Assembly (NCBI GenBank): GCA_003427395.1
Contig: BFEA01000024.1
Coordinates: 1,379,400-1,443,399, forward strand
Reading direction: 5' to 3'
Length of the DNA: 64,000 bases
Origin: Chara braunii
Lineage: Eukaryota; Plantae; Charophyceae
The notes under the pieces were generated by a model. The model saw nothing but the letters and a program-made list of their open reading frames with translations, did no database searches and was not told the DNA's origin. Positions within the stretch are counted from its first letter, which is position 1; every line of letters starts with the position of its first letter. The translations under genes were made by a program, and so were the position numbers. Shown piece after piece: positions 11,733 through 24,290 of the stretch.

Positions 11733-14700
11733 ATGGGCGATGTAAAGGCTTTTGTGGCCTTAAAGGCCCAACTGGATGCAGCCGTAGAGGAGGATAAACC
11801 ATTGTTCCAAACTCTCTACGAGAAGGCACTGACAACTTGTGACAAGGGAAGAGAAAGCCGAGGAGGAAAAATGAAAAACCGATGTTGCAAACCATGAGGT
11901 TGTCCTCAAAACAGTTTCCTCCTTGCCTGACACTGAGGTCAGGAAGGAGATAGTCGCATATGTACGTGCTCTTCTAGATTGTCACCTACTCAGTGACATC
12001 CCTGAGCAGATCACAAAACTCTCGGCAGAGGTAAGTGAGTTGCGGGCAGAAATGGCCGAAATGACCAAAGAGCACAAGGATAAAATGCGGCAGATGGCAA
12101 ATTTGCAGAAGGATCAGATTCTTAATCCTCTCCCTCTACCTCCTGCCTCCAATGGTGCTAACCAAATTGTCCTCGCTCTTCTCCATTCCTCTACTTCTTC
12201 TCAAAGTGTGGTACCATCGGGACCTGCAGTGGGTGCAGACTCTGCAGCCGCTACGACAAGTGAGTTGAAGTGACGGCGCGGGAAACTCTGCAAGTGCTGC
12301 AGCCTCGAGTTCAGAAACAGCAATCGTTGGTGCCGGCTACAGCAGTCCCTATGTGGACAAGAAGGCGGTTCTCATACCGTCTAAGTACGACGGCAAAGAA
12401 GACGTTGAGTCCTGGATCAGCTCCATGAGAGCTTACTTCAAGGTGCCGGGAACTCAACTTGTGAGTCGGTCCTTGATCATGGGGACCAACATCGAGCCTG
12501 CCGTATGAGGCTTCTTAGAAGTCCAAGCTACTCAAGCCGGGTACACTAAGATCAATCTGACACGGTGGCTCAAAGCCACACCCGTAGCCACACTTGAGGA
12601 GATCCTTATCAAACAATTTAAGGATCCACATGCTGCTGCAAGAACCCGAAAGAGACTTGATGATCTCAAGCGCAGCAAGTAGACGGGCACCATGCATAAT
12701 TTGCAGTTGTTTGTCAGCAAACTTTTTAAGCTACTCCAGGATTGGAAATGACTGTACAATCATGCTTAGATGTTGTGAAAGGTACGGTTCCCACTACCTA
12801 CATGCATCGCCTAGGCAAATAGCTCATTGGTTATACGGACTGGCTTTCCTTCATGTTAGATGTGGTAAACCTTGAGGCATAAGACCTCATTACCACAACA
12901 GGCAGCAAAAAGCCTATTCGCGGCAGGCGGTTCAGAGGCATCAACCGTTTTGTTGTGCATGACCTGTTGGAGACCGATGAGGAGGCCTATGCAGACGACC
13001 TCACTCTTGGTGACGACCAAGAACAGGACCCTGACACGGCCTACTCTTCAGCCATGACTCTGATGTGAATAATGAAGAGGAAAAATTGAATGTCTTTAGA
13101 AAGTCTGCCAACTTAAAGGAACCGAACCGGAATTTAGGGAAGAACTATGTCCAACTTCCCAAAGGAGTTAAAATCCCAGCGAAACCGAAGGATGCGGCCA
13201 CTAAGCCATGGGTTGACCTCCGGATCACTGAAAATGATTGGAGGGTTTTGCTCAAGCATTGCCAGAAACCGAACCATAAAGTACAAAAATGTTATAGGCT
13301 GCAGGGAAACCAGAACCGGGCGTAGAGTTGACTTCAACGTCCTTTACGGCAAGAGAGACTGAATCTAATGCAAATCAGGATTCCTCCCTTGAAGCCCAAT
13401 CATCTGCTGATTCCGAGGCTGAAGTGTGTCATGCTTTGTATATCAAGCCTTGGGAGGAGTCTGAGACGGTTGACTTCCACTACCACTTGGAGCATTGGGC
13501 TGAGATGAAACATCAACGTGCCCAAGAGACAGTAAAGTCGATCTTCTTCGAACTTCTCATAAAACACTGTTGTCTCCGTGTCTTTATTGATTGTGGTACA
13601 ACTACTAACTTCATGTCACCACACGGGATACGCAAAGTGGGTTTGGGAATGAAGCAAGTGGCTTTGCAGAACCCTTGCGGGACCCAAGTAGGCAACAAGG
13701 AAATTGTTTCCTCTACGCATGCAGTCAAAGGTGTGTGCACTACCTTTGACAATGACAAAACCGTCACCCACGCTTTAAACTTTTATGTCCTTGACAAGTG
13801 TCCCTTCGACGCTGTCTTTGGCTTGGGATGACCACAGTACCGATGTGAATGGACCAAGTGGAAAGATTCACTTTTCATGGTCAAAGATGCTCAAGGGAAC
13901 GAGCTTCCCGTCATCTTGAATGAGAAGCACGAGTCCCCAGTGACTTTTCTGAATGTCATGCAGTTCTGCAAGAAATGGCGAAAGCACAAAGAGGATGAAC
14001 AATTGTATGTTGCCTTTGTTCGCCCTACTCATGTGCCATCTACTTTTGCGGCTAGCACCAATCTTACTTAATTTAGTGATTCTTCTTCTAGCCCTTCTAC
14101 TTCTTTACCTTCCCCTAATCTAAATGATTCTACTTCTGATTCGGTCGCTTCCATTCGCAACGTGCGGCCTGATCTAGGTGACCCTTTTGCTGACCCTTCA
14201 CCCCCACCAGTCCCGACAAGCATCCAAAACCTACTTGATCGGTTTTCAGAAGTTTTGGCCGAACCACGTGGGGTTCCCACGTGATCGGTCCGACACACCA
14301 TCGAGTTGGTTGAAGGTGTTGTTTCTCTAAAGGGTTGCGTATACCGAATGGGATCCGGCGAGTTGGATGGACTCAGACGACAGATTGATGAAATGATTGA
14401 CAAGGGTTGGATCAAGCCTAGTGAGTCTGAATTTGGTGCCCCTGTTTTGTTTGCCCTGAAGAAAGAAGGCAAGCTCCGCATGTGTATTCATTATCGCGGT
14501 CTACACCCCATCACAAGAAAGAACGCCTATCCATTGTCTCGCATAGATGACTTACTTGATGCTGCAGGTGGGCACAAGGTCTTCTCCAAGATCGATCTCA
14601 AGTCTCGCTATCACCAGATTGAAGTCGATCATGCGGACCAGCACAAGACTGTGTTCAAAACACCCGATGGGCTTTACCAGTTTATCGTAATGCCCTTCGG

Positions 14701-17040
14701 TCTCACGAACGCATTGACCACCTTTCAAAGACTTATGGATAAGGTCCTCCGTGAAGAGATTGGCAGGTTCGGGGTGGTATACCTTGAGGATATACTGATC
14801 TTCAACAAATCCATGAAGGAACACATAAAGCACCTTGAGGAAGTATTCACCATCCTCAAGAAGAGGTAACTTTATCTCAACTTAGAGAAATCTGAGTTTG
14901 AGAGGGATAGTGTTATCTATCTTGGCCATCAGTTGTCTGTTGCAGGCCTAGAGCCTAAGGCAACCAAGGTGGAGGTCATACACAATTGGCCTCAGCCCGT
15001 GAACATCCGCGAACTGCGCTCTTTCCTTGGTCTCGTGTCGTACTACCGAAAGTTTGTGCCCTGCTTCTTTATCGTTGCTCGTCCGTTGGTAAGAACGTTC
15101 CCTACGCTTGGGATACCACATGCGAGGCGGTCTTTCAAGCCTTGAAAGAGGCTTTGGTGGGTTACTCTGTACTCCGCGTTCCGGATTCCAAACTGACATT
15201 CGTAGTTACTACGGATGCAAGCCAGTATGGAATTGGCGCAGTGCTGCAGCAAGATGACGACGGTGGCTTGCGGCCGCTCGAATACTACATCAAACGCATG
15301 CCCAACGAAAAGGTAGTTACTTCCACCTACATGAGTGAGCTCTATGCTTTGCGCATGGCTTTGGACCATTGGAAGCATTATGTTTTGGAACGCCACTTCA
15401 AAGTGTTATCAGATTGTGAGACTTTGAAGTAGATCAAATAACAAACTACCCTGTCCCCTACATTACTCCGCTGGTTTCATGAAATTGACATTTTTTACTT
15501 TGAGTTAAGGCACAAAAAGGGCTGCTATAATCGAGTTGTTGATGCATTGTCTCGCCACCCTGAGTACATGACTTGCCTTGTGAATTCCTACGACCTCCGG
15601 AAGAAACGAAAGGAGGAGATCGTAGAGCACACTACTAACGATCTGGACCTTAGTCTCTTCCTTGAGCAACTGCGGCTGACCCCAGTAGTCAGCCTGATTT
15701 TCATGAGTATGGAGGACTAATGTTCCGTCGCTACGGGAATCACGACCGTTTGTGTGTGCCCAACCATGAGCCTCTCCGCACGCACGTTCTGGACCTGGCT
15801 CATGGCCGGAGTGGACACTTCGGCATGGCAAAGACTTATGGAAACCTATTGAGACAGTTTGATTGGCCTGCCATGAAGGGATCTGCTGAAAAGTTTGTGG
15901 TTGAATGTCAAGTCTGTCAACGAATCAAAACATATAGAAAAAAGCCCATGGGGCTACTTACACCCCTTCCCATTCCCGATGGTCCTGGGGAGTCTGTGTC
16001 TATCGACTTCACCAACATAGGAAAGGTAAGTCAAAACGGCTATTCACAAGTCATCGTGATTGTTGACCGCTTCTCTAAATTTCTTAATCTGATTCCTTTG
16101 CCATCTCATGCTCCAACCAAATTGGTGATCCATGAGTTTACATAGAAGTACGTTCTGCAGTTCGGAACCCCGAGAACTCTCGTGAGTGATCGGGACCCGC
16201 TCTTCATCAGTACTGAATGAAAAAACTTCACGTTCCAACTCCCTGGCCTCAGGCTATGCATGGCATCTGACCGACACCCCGAAGCCAACGGTTTGGTTGA
16301 GGAAATCAACCAGACTGTATTCCTACTTTTTCGTGCTTTAATCATTCCGGATCAGGAAACATGGGATGAAGAGTTGTATTCCGTCAAGGGGTTGTACAAC
16401 AACTCCATTCATTCCGCCACCGGCATGACACCAAACATGTTGCATTACGGTTGGCAGATTCGTAATCCGCTCTCCTACCTATTCCCTGAGCAGCCAGCTG
16501 ATTTAACACCCAACAGGCCTGGCTTTAGGGCCAAGTACGATCGCTAGCTCAAAGTTGCCATTGTAGCAATGACCAAGCGATAGCGTGCCATGATCCATCA
16601 TGCAAACAAGAAGCGCCGACCTTCGGATATTGAGGTGGGACGTTATGTCTAGGTCAAGATGTCTGAATTTTCGGAAGAAGAGGGAGTTTCACACAAACTT
16701 CTCCCACTCTATTATAGTCCATGGGAAGTTCTGGATGTGATTGAAGAAGATAGCTTTGACCCTTCATAAGTAGTCGATGTGCCACCTCATCTGCGATGCA
16801 TCGAAACTATATCTTCACAGTGATGCTAAATCGTTTGATTACTATGAAGACATGATTCATCGTGCAATCAATGGCGGACATGAGATAGACAGGATTAAAC
16901 AGCACGTAGGGAAGGGACGCAACAGATAGTACCAAGTTCATTTCATGTATCACCCGTTGGACGATCTATACTGGATTTCCAAGCAGGAACTGCTGCACGG
17001 CGCACCACACATTGTTAAAGCCTACGAGCAACAAATCGCC
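11733..17040 (+). pseudogene. gag-pol of Gypsy A, many stops and frameshifts
   Basis: gag PSKYDGKEDVESWI; protease VFIDCGTTTNF; [44 protein letters not shown]; RNase H VTTDASQYGIGAVL; integrase H..SGHFG...CQVCQ, SIDF, IVDRFSK; chromodomain near 16875-17030. Confidence 0.95.
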
Positions 17041-17173
17041 TCTCATGATGCACCTAAAATCTCTGCCAAGCTCACTGCGACAGAGTATGCTCAAAATCTC
17101 TTTTCCTTGTTTACCTACGATGCGTTTGTCGGGGTCTCACTATGAATTACTCACTCGAAGGGACCTCGCTCTT

Positions 17174-17186
17174 GAGGGGGGAGTAG
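17174..17186 (+). promoter_or_regulatory. Polypurine tract of Gypsy A
   Basis: GAGGGGGGAGTAG immediately before the 3' LTR TG. Confidence 0.85.
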
Positions 17187-18774
17187 TGTGATGACCCGAC
17201 CAAACATGGACTGAAACACACGGCTGATTTCTGAGTTTTGCTCATAGACTGGATGCCTTGCTGAGTTTCCTGCTTGCTACTAAGTTCTCTAAGTCTGTGT
17301 GCGTGCACGCTTGCTGGACTGCATGGTTGTCTGAGTGCTGGTTGGCTTGAGTGTGTTTGTGGCCCACAAGGGCACTTGTTCGTTCGTTGGGCCCTCAAGG
17401 CCAGTACTTACCGTGGTCGTGACATCAAGGATTGCAACGGGGGAAAAACACTCAAGTGGCGGGGTAAGAGGCCCCCAGCACTTGAAGCAGCGGGGAAACA
17501 CTCAAGTAGCAGGTAGGCCGATACCACACCCTGAAGCAGTAGATGTGCCGGGTACTAGAGGCCGAGCAGAAGAAGACAAAAGTGACATTTTTAGAGGCCC
17601 AGTCGTTGTAGGCTAGGTCTAGGCGGGTACTTGTCTGAGCCTAGGGCCTCTACGGGAAATATCGGAGTCTACAATGATGTTTCCCTCCGAAAGGGAGGAG
17701 GTACCGGTTGCTTGGGAAGGCCAAGCGGCCTGGAAGTCACCGCCCAAGAGGCAAGCAGACCGCTATATCTCCAAGCGGGGCGAAGAGCCCAGCCTCATTG
17801 TCGGTGTGCACACTGGCTGGAGCACTGGCTGCAGCAGCGCTGGTGGGGAAGAAGCAAGGACTCGGAGGAGGAAGAAGGACAGGAAGGGGGAGGAGCGCCA
17901 TAGGTACTTACCTGGCTATAGTGGCACCCATCTTCATCACCTTGGTGGGCGCTGCAGCAGGAAGGCCCCGGCTGGGGTTGAGGTACACCAAGAAGCTTCA
18001 AGGCATAGTCGGGCATGGCGGCCTGAGCTAGAGAAGTCATAGCTGCTTTGGGTTGTCCTTTGGGCGTCTGGGCAAGACCTAGTAGTCCGCTATAGCCTCG
18101 GCCTATGAGAGTGAAGAGTGGGAGAGGTGGCCATGGCTATGGTGGACCTCAAGTGATACCTGCAGTAGAAGAGGGATTCAGACTCTGATTCTGGTTCAGC
18201 TATTCAACATTGTATTATTATTTCTTGTGTGAATAAGAGAGGAGGAGATAAGGAGGAAGAGAGGGTTAAGCGAAGAAGAAGAGCTTTATCATTTGTCTAT
18301 GCTGGTGTACATCATCTTATTCTTCTTTCTTACTTCTTCTTCTTCTTTAACTGCCATTTAGTCAAAATGGACATCTTGTATTTTTTGAACGAAATTGAAA
18401 CCGAGTTTTTTGGCCGAAAACTCGTCAAAATTTGTTGTTCCTGAGGGTCCACCGTTTTACAAATGCTGGACCCCCTGGGTGTACATGGACCTAGCTTGAG
18501 ACCAGGCACCTCCAGGCAGGACTGCCTGGAGGTACCTGGTCTCAAGCTAGGTCCATGTACAGCCAGGGGGTCTCAGGAACAACAAATTTTGACGAGTTTT
18601 CGGCCAAAAAACTCGGTTTCAATTTCGCTCAAAAAATACAAAATGTCCATTTTGACGAAATGGTCGTTCTTTTAACCTTCTCTCTCCTCTCAAGTTCATT
18701 CATTTCTTTCTGCAATTGGACGACATTGTACTATCTTATGAATGTGTATCTCGAAATCGGCCAGGATCATAACA
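17187..18774 (+). repeat. 3' LTR of Gypsy A, containing a MITE insertion
   Basis: Copy of 9054-10318 plus ~325 extra bp around 18351-18675. Confidence 0.95.
18351..18666. mobile_element. Foldback (Mutator-like) MITE, an almost complete palindrome
   Basis: Arms of ~145 bp pair around a 2-nt centre (CCAGGCAG-GA-CTGCCTGG), with one ~24-bp bulge in the left arm. Absent from the 5' LTR. Flanked by TTCTTTAA / TTCTTTTAA. Confidence 0.9.
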
Positions 18775-18809
18775 GATCAATCAATCAATCAATCAACCAA
18801 TCAATCAAC

Positions 18810-18852
<43 letters not shown>

Positions 18853-19137
18853 CCAATTAATCAGCCAATCAATCATTTTTTTTTTTACACCCGGGACCAA
18901 AAAAAAAGTTTTTTTTTTTTTTTTTGAATTGGGGGGTAGCCCCCAACATCCGACCCCCCCCTGCCCATCCTCCCCCTGAACACCCCCTCGGAACGGCACG
19001 TACGGATGACCCAAAGTCCGTACGTATGGGCCATACGGGCGTTGAGGACTTGTATGCGAGGTCGTACGGGAGTACGGACAGGCCGTCCTCGTACAAGGTG
19101 ATGACACTGCAATGTAGCGCAGCGGAAGTCTCAAAGA

Positions 19138-20456
19138 TGTGACCTGACCAGTCAAATACGGACGTGACACCCCATCATACACCACACATGAGAGAGAGAG
19201 AGGAGGGACAACATACATAGAAGAAAGGTCCCTCCTTGATCACGCACATGGGGAGATACCACGGATGAGGAGATGGGAGGGGAGAAACGAGAGTCTGATG
19301 AAGATGGAGATGAGGGAAAAAACCAAGATCACGATAGTGAAATTCGAAAATAGTCGCCCTGCCGAATGTCCAATCAATGTCTACCACAAAAAATGTTGAG
19401 TCAGATTCTCGGCCTCATGCCTGATGTAACCTATGCCTGTAACCTCTCTCTCCCTGAAGAAGAAGAAGAAGAAGAAGAAGAAGAAGAAGAAGAAGAAGAA
19501 GAAGAAGAAGAAGAAAAAGAAGTAGAAGAAGAAGAAGAAAACGAAGAAGAAGGGGAAGAAGAAGAAGAAGAAGAAGAAGAAGAAGAAGAAGAAGAAGAAG
19601 AAGAAGAAGAAAAAGAAGAAGAAGAAGGAGAAGAAGAAGAAGAAGAAGAAGAAGAAGAAGAAAACGAAGAAGAAGAAGAAGAAGAAGAAGAAGAAGAAGA
19701 AGAAGAAGAAGAAGGGGGGAGGAGGAAGAAGGAGAGATGGAGGGAAAGAGAAGAAGAAGATGTCGTCCTCCTCGCCATCTCACCTGCAGGTAATTGCCGC
19801 CATGTGCTAACTGTCGCAGAGTGTCTCCTCTATGGTCCAGGTGCGCTGGCGTGAAGACCAACTATGGTGCCCAGGTAGGATCTCCACCGACACAGATATG
19901 GCCTCCGCTTCACTCCGTACCTACACCTCTACCTCTACCTCCAGTGTGGTGTTGTAGCGTTGTTCCAGCAGTGTGTAGCCCAACAAGTGAGCTACTCAAA
20001 CTGTGTGTCTGCCCAGACGTGGCCCAACCATAAGTAGCACTGGGCCTCGCGGGTGTGCCTCCATGTGCCTGTGGTCTTCGACCAAAACGTGGCCTACTGG
20101 GTCTAGGTCCCGACCGAACGTCCGGACCTTCCCTGCTGATGCAGCAGGGACGTCCCCTACTGGACGAAACTGGACCTGGCCCAACATGGCCTCCCCATGT
20201 CCGTACCAGGCCAAAAATGTGGCCTTGTCCGAAAGACCAAAAGTCTGTTCAGACGAACTGCAAGTCTGAAACGGCACCTGAACAGACAAAAATAGGACAG
20301 CTAATAAATAAATAAATGCTGCGTCACATCGAAACCTGCGGCCCTAAGGCCGGTTGTGGGCCTCCAGGGTGCGCATCTGAGGGGCGTGTGGCCCGGGGGC
20401 CCCCAATAATTGTCGGCCCCCAAAATGGGGCCCGCGTGCAGGCTCAGCACATAACA
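19138..20456 (-). repeat. 3' LTR of Gypsy B (left boundary approximate)
   Basis: On the minus strand a purine tract AAGGAGGGG..CCG is followed by TGTTA at 20456. Candidate terminal GTCACA at 19138. Confidence 0.65.
19456..19713 (+). repeat. (GAA)n microsatellite inside LTR B
   Basis: ~260 bp nearly pure GAA repeat. Confidence 0.97.
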
Positions 20457-20469
20457 CGGCCCCCTCCTT

Positions 20470-20877
20470 ATGATGTCAAGCCGGGTCGAGGGCGAAGCCG
20501 ACGATCCAATGGTGGAACTTGGAAGTGAGTACGACGTGGAGCCGAGGGTACCGACTTGACTTGTTGTTTGCGTTCGTAACGTGCGAGGACATCGGGGGTT
20601 GTGGCCTGAAGTTCCGCACAAGTCAACCCACAGTCAGCCTTATGGCCACAATAAGAAAAGTGTACCAAGTACTCCGTCGGCTTGGTGTCTTACCGCTGCT
20701 GCAAGATGATATTGCGTAACCTCCTAAAAACCGTCCATGGAGGGTGGGTCTTGCGATCGTCGCCCGAGAAAGTCGTCACATTCCGCTGAAACGAAAATAG
20801 CCAACTTTGAACAATGAAAGACCGGCTAGACGGGCAAGTGGGCCGGCACCTAAATGACAAATGAAGCCCTTTGGGTG
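20470..20877 (-). pseudogene. Gypsy B integrase C-terminus and chromodomain
   Basis: VPAHLPV.PVFHCSKLA (end of GPY/F region), then KPTEYLVHFSYCGHKAD...ELQATTPDVLARYE. Confidence 0.75.
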
Positions 20878-21186
20878 TGTAGCGGACCTCTGGTTAGCCT
20901 GTGAGACCAGCCCCTTGGCCTGTTCTCACAGGCCTGTGTTGTATTCGGGGTAGTACAGTCCAGGCCAGTAACTCTGTCGGTACCAGCCGGTCCAGTCCAG
21001 TCCAGTCAGTCCGCTGGGGTATACCCCAGCCAGAGTCTGTACTTGGGATTATTCTACATTCACACAGTTTGTAGTACGTGTGTTGGAGTCTTGTGTGGGA
21101 GCTGCGTTGTCTCATCTTGCTCCACCTTCATCCTCCATCTCCATCTCTATCACAGGCGGAGCACCACACCCGGTGGGTCGGCCATA
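20878..21186 (+). repeat. 5' LTR of Gypsy C
   Basis: TGTAGCGGACCTCTGG...GGTGGGTCGGCCATA, followed by PBS TGGTATTAGAGC (21188-21199). Confidence 0.9.
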
Positions 21187-21499
21187 TTGGTATTAGAGCG
21201 GGATCGATCCTTGAGCCCGCCGACCCACCCTAGTGATCCCGCTGTCCTGCAGCGGATGACGCTACACTTTCCCCTTCAGGAAAGTAGTGTAGAAGACCCG
21301 CCCGCCATTATTACGGGCGCTACGGAGTTGCAGCAGGCGAAAAGGAAGCAACATCTTGCAGGTGCAAAGACAGTCGGCTGCCATCATTGCGGGCGAAAGT
21401 ACCAGTTGCAGACCATTTTGTTTGTTGGCTGGCGAAAGTGCGGACGCACTTTTCGATCTCAAGATTCGTGCCAGTCCCACGGGCGACGAAAAGTTGATG

Positions 21500-21783
21500 T
21501 AGGATTTCGCCAACGGGAAAATTTTGTGTGAGGCCAATCACGCATTTTGCGACGGGCGGGGTTTGAACCCGGGCAGGCGGCAGAGGGAGACGGTACGGGG
21601 CACTTATACACATCTAGATGTGTATAAGAGAACGGGGCAGTGTGATAACCACTGTGCCATAGGATTTCGCCAACGGGAAAATTTTGCGTGAGGCCAATCA
21701 CGCATTTTGCGACGGGCGGGGTTTGAACCCGGGCAGGTGGCGGAGGCAGACGGTACGAGGCAGTGTGATAACCACTGTGCCAA
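21500..21783 (-). repeat. Two tandem copies of a tRNA-derived SINE-like head
   Basis: Each unit has A-box TGGCACAGTGG and B-box GGGTTCAAACC. The first unit is interrupted by adapter sequence. Confidence 0.7.
21603..21631. other. Nextera mate-pair junction adapter (Tn5 mosaic ends), assembly contamination
   Basis: CTTATACACATCT-AGATGTGTATAAGAGA is the core of the back-to-back Tn5 mosaic ends. Flanked by duplicated ACGGGGCA. Confidence 0.95.
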
Positions 21784-23094
21784 GTGGCGCCGGAGGCCGG
21801 GACTGACAAAAGTGAACTATTTGCCCCCCCACCCCCCCACGTTTTGGCGAAGTTGAAGGTCAGGTTTTGGCGGGGGTAGGATGCATTCTTGGAGCGATCC
21901 TAAGGGTTTTGAGGATTGACCACCCTGACCACACGTGTCGACGAAGTTGAAGGACAGGTCTGGGTGGGGGTAGGATGCGTCCGGGTTGTTATCGTCGGGG
22001 TTGGAAGTAACGAACCAACCGGATCGGAGGTAGGATGAGTTTTCAGCCTCGGCGACTGTGACGTCCCAGACACAGGGGTGGTGGAGCGTGCCTCCCGAGG
22101 ATTTTGGCATGCTGGCCAAGTGGCCAGTCCTCTTCACGGCTTGAAGACCCTCCTTATCAGGGGGCTGCTCTACACTGGTGAGAATCTGGATGATTGACTA
22201 CTTGATTGCTTGATCAATTGGTTAATTGTTTGATTAATTGCTTGCTTGCTTGATTGTTCAATTGATTGACTGGTTGATCGATTGGTTGATGGATTGATTG
22301 ACTGATCGTTTGACTGAATGATTGATTGAATGACTAATAGATTGAGTGACTGAATTTTTTATTGATTGATCGATTGATTGACTAATCGGTCCATTCATTG
22401 ATCAATTAATTCATTACATGGTGGAGTGTGCTACGACGTTGTGGAAGAGGGATAAATAAAAAACATGTATAAGAAAATAATGATCAAAATCGTTTCTAAT
22501 TAAACCCTTCGATGTATGTATGGTCGGACTATCACCCAAAATATACAAAATACATTGAACAAAAAATTGACCAGGAGAGAACTTCAAACTGTAACCTGCT
22601 CAGACGGTCGTCGAAGGAGGGCGAAAGAATGTGTTGCATGGGTTCAAAACAAACAATAAAGGCGATAGCGCCGTTTTCATCGGTGATGAGCACCCCTCCA
22701 TCGTTTTTTAAATGATCGAGAACAGAAAAAAAACTAACAAAAACAAAAGGACCCCGCCCCNNNNNNNNNNNNNNNNNNNNNNNNNNNNNNNNNNNNNNNN
22801 NNNNNNNNNNNNNNNNNNNNNNNNNNNNNNNNNNNNNNNNNNNNNNNNNNNNNNNNNNNCCCTTGCACAGAGCCAGCCAGCGAGGAAACTACACGATATT
22901 GTCACCCGAGTACTTCAACACCCCCCCTCCAATTTCGAACATCACAATGTTCGTCCTCCACAAGAGATCAACGACCAATCTACCGCCGTGGAGAGACTTC
23001 GCGCATTCACTCGTGTTTCATACGCTCTGCAAGTGCTTCGCGCCCGGGGCCAATTTAAGTACTCCACAATTGGGCAGGGTGGGTGATAAAACCC

Positions 23095-24290
23095 CTAGTC
23101 CACTCGCCGACGCACCGCATCGACCTTCCACAACAAGTTCCCGTCGAAGTCTATGTCGGCATCCAGAAGGATGTTGTGCATAATGCACACGGCTTGGAAC
23201 TGTTGCGAGAGAGTGTTCGTATTCGTTTTGTATGTGCGGAGGAAAAACCTCCACATCCCCTTCAACCTTCTGAAAGCTCTCTCCACCGCTCCGTTGACGA
23301 CCTTTTGCTTGTTGTCAAACCTCTCCTCGTCGGCGAACTCGGTCCCTCCATCAGGCACGACGATCCACTCCATGGGAGGATAGCCTTTATCGCCGAGGAT
23401 GTACCTGTATGTCTTCACCCCGAATAGCAACAGCATAGTAGGTCCAAAAAATAAATCCCCCTCCTCGGCGCGTGTCCACAGGCTGGAAAGCAAAAGCACC
23501 CGGATGTCGTGGCAGCTCCCTCGATTGCTGACGACTCGTGACGAAAACGTCTGTCACACGCAAGTCCAAGTCCACAACCACCTGCGCAACCATCGAAAAA
23601 TGATGCTTCCAGTCGAAGTAGTTCTCGGATGGCACGTTCGCTGGTTTGTCCACATAGATGCGAGTGCACTCTATGCAGCCATAGCAGTTGGGGAAACCCT
23701 TTGCCTATAACGCGTGCAGAACGGCCAGCCGCCGCAACCTAGAAGGCCAAACAATCTTCTCCTATTACATCCTCAGAAGCGCCCGAGTCACGTCCTCCAC
23801 TTCAATCAATCCTGATGCGCGTCCTATGCTGAATGACGACGTGCTGCTCTCGTACGTCTCCGGCTTGCCCAACGATAAAGTGCGTATGCGATGATATGAT
23901 CTGACATCAAAGGCACCCTTTAGAATGTCACCCTCCATTGCAAATGGGGGGATAACACCTCGACGAATAATACTCTACGGGATATCTGCGGCTTCTCCGT
24001 ATAGTAGCCCTGCGTCACGTCGTCCATCTTTCGGAGATCCTCCCATGTCTCTCCCATCCTTCTCCTCATCCACCATCTTGGAGTCGTTCACGAGATCACA
24101 CCTGACTCCATGGTGCAACGAAATTGCACAATGGATTCTGGTAACGACACACAATCGGGTGCCTCCATCACTTGTTGCATGAGCTGCCTATACCAGCGAA
24201 TGGACAATCTCTTCTTCAGGCGAGTTGTTGTGCTCTCAAATGCGATAATGAATGGCGACGACCGACACAGCTGCAACCACCGCATTTCTC
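23095..24290 (-). pseudogene. Second PIF/Harbinger transposase pseudogene
   Basis: GFPNCYGC, VDKPANVPSENYFDWKHHFSMVAQVVVDLDL, YILGDKGYPPMEWIVVP, VERAFRRLKGMWRFF...CIMHN. Paralogous to 105-1295. Confidence 0.9.

Larger units (their letters stand above)
9054..18774 (+). mobile_element. Full-length degenerate Ty3/Gypsy chromovirus (element A)
   Basis: Two TG...CA LTRs, tRNA-iMet PBS, PPT, domain order gag-PR-RT-RH-IN-chromodomain, flanking GATC duplication (9050-9053 / 18775-18778). Confidence 0.96.
8126..19109. mobile_element. hAT-type MITE of the CGTAC/(GT)n/(CAAT)n family, interrupted by Gypsy A
   Basis: Right end GATGACACTG at 19109. CGTACG-rich subtermini (8200-8280, 18990-19095) match the copy at 37379-38468 in reverse. 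Left end is degraded; candidate TSD GAATGTAG/CAATGTAG overlaps the called left end. Confidence 0.7.

Noticed and set aside
19366-19861. Poly-Glu, poly-Leu and poly-Ser ORFs
   Set aside because: Translations of a (GAA)n microsatellite inside an LTR.
21603-21631. Natural Tn5/IS50 insertion or horizontal transfer
   Set aside because: Engineered mosaic ends joined back to back match the library adapter; no transposase present.
22146-22155. Left TIR of the second Harbinger (GACCCTCCTT)
   Set aside because: Only 10 of 15 bases match and it is preceded by GAA rather than TAA.
21817-22170. Coding fragment possibly related to 25500-25900
   Set aside because: Only a vague resemblance with stops; not supportable without alignment.
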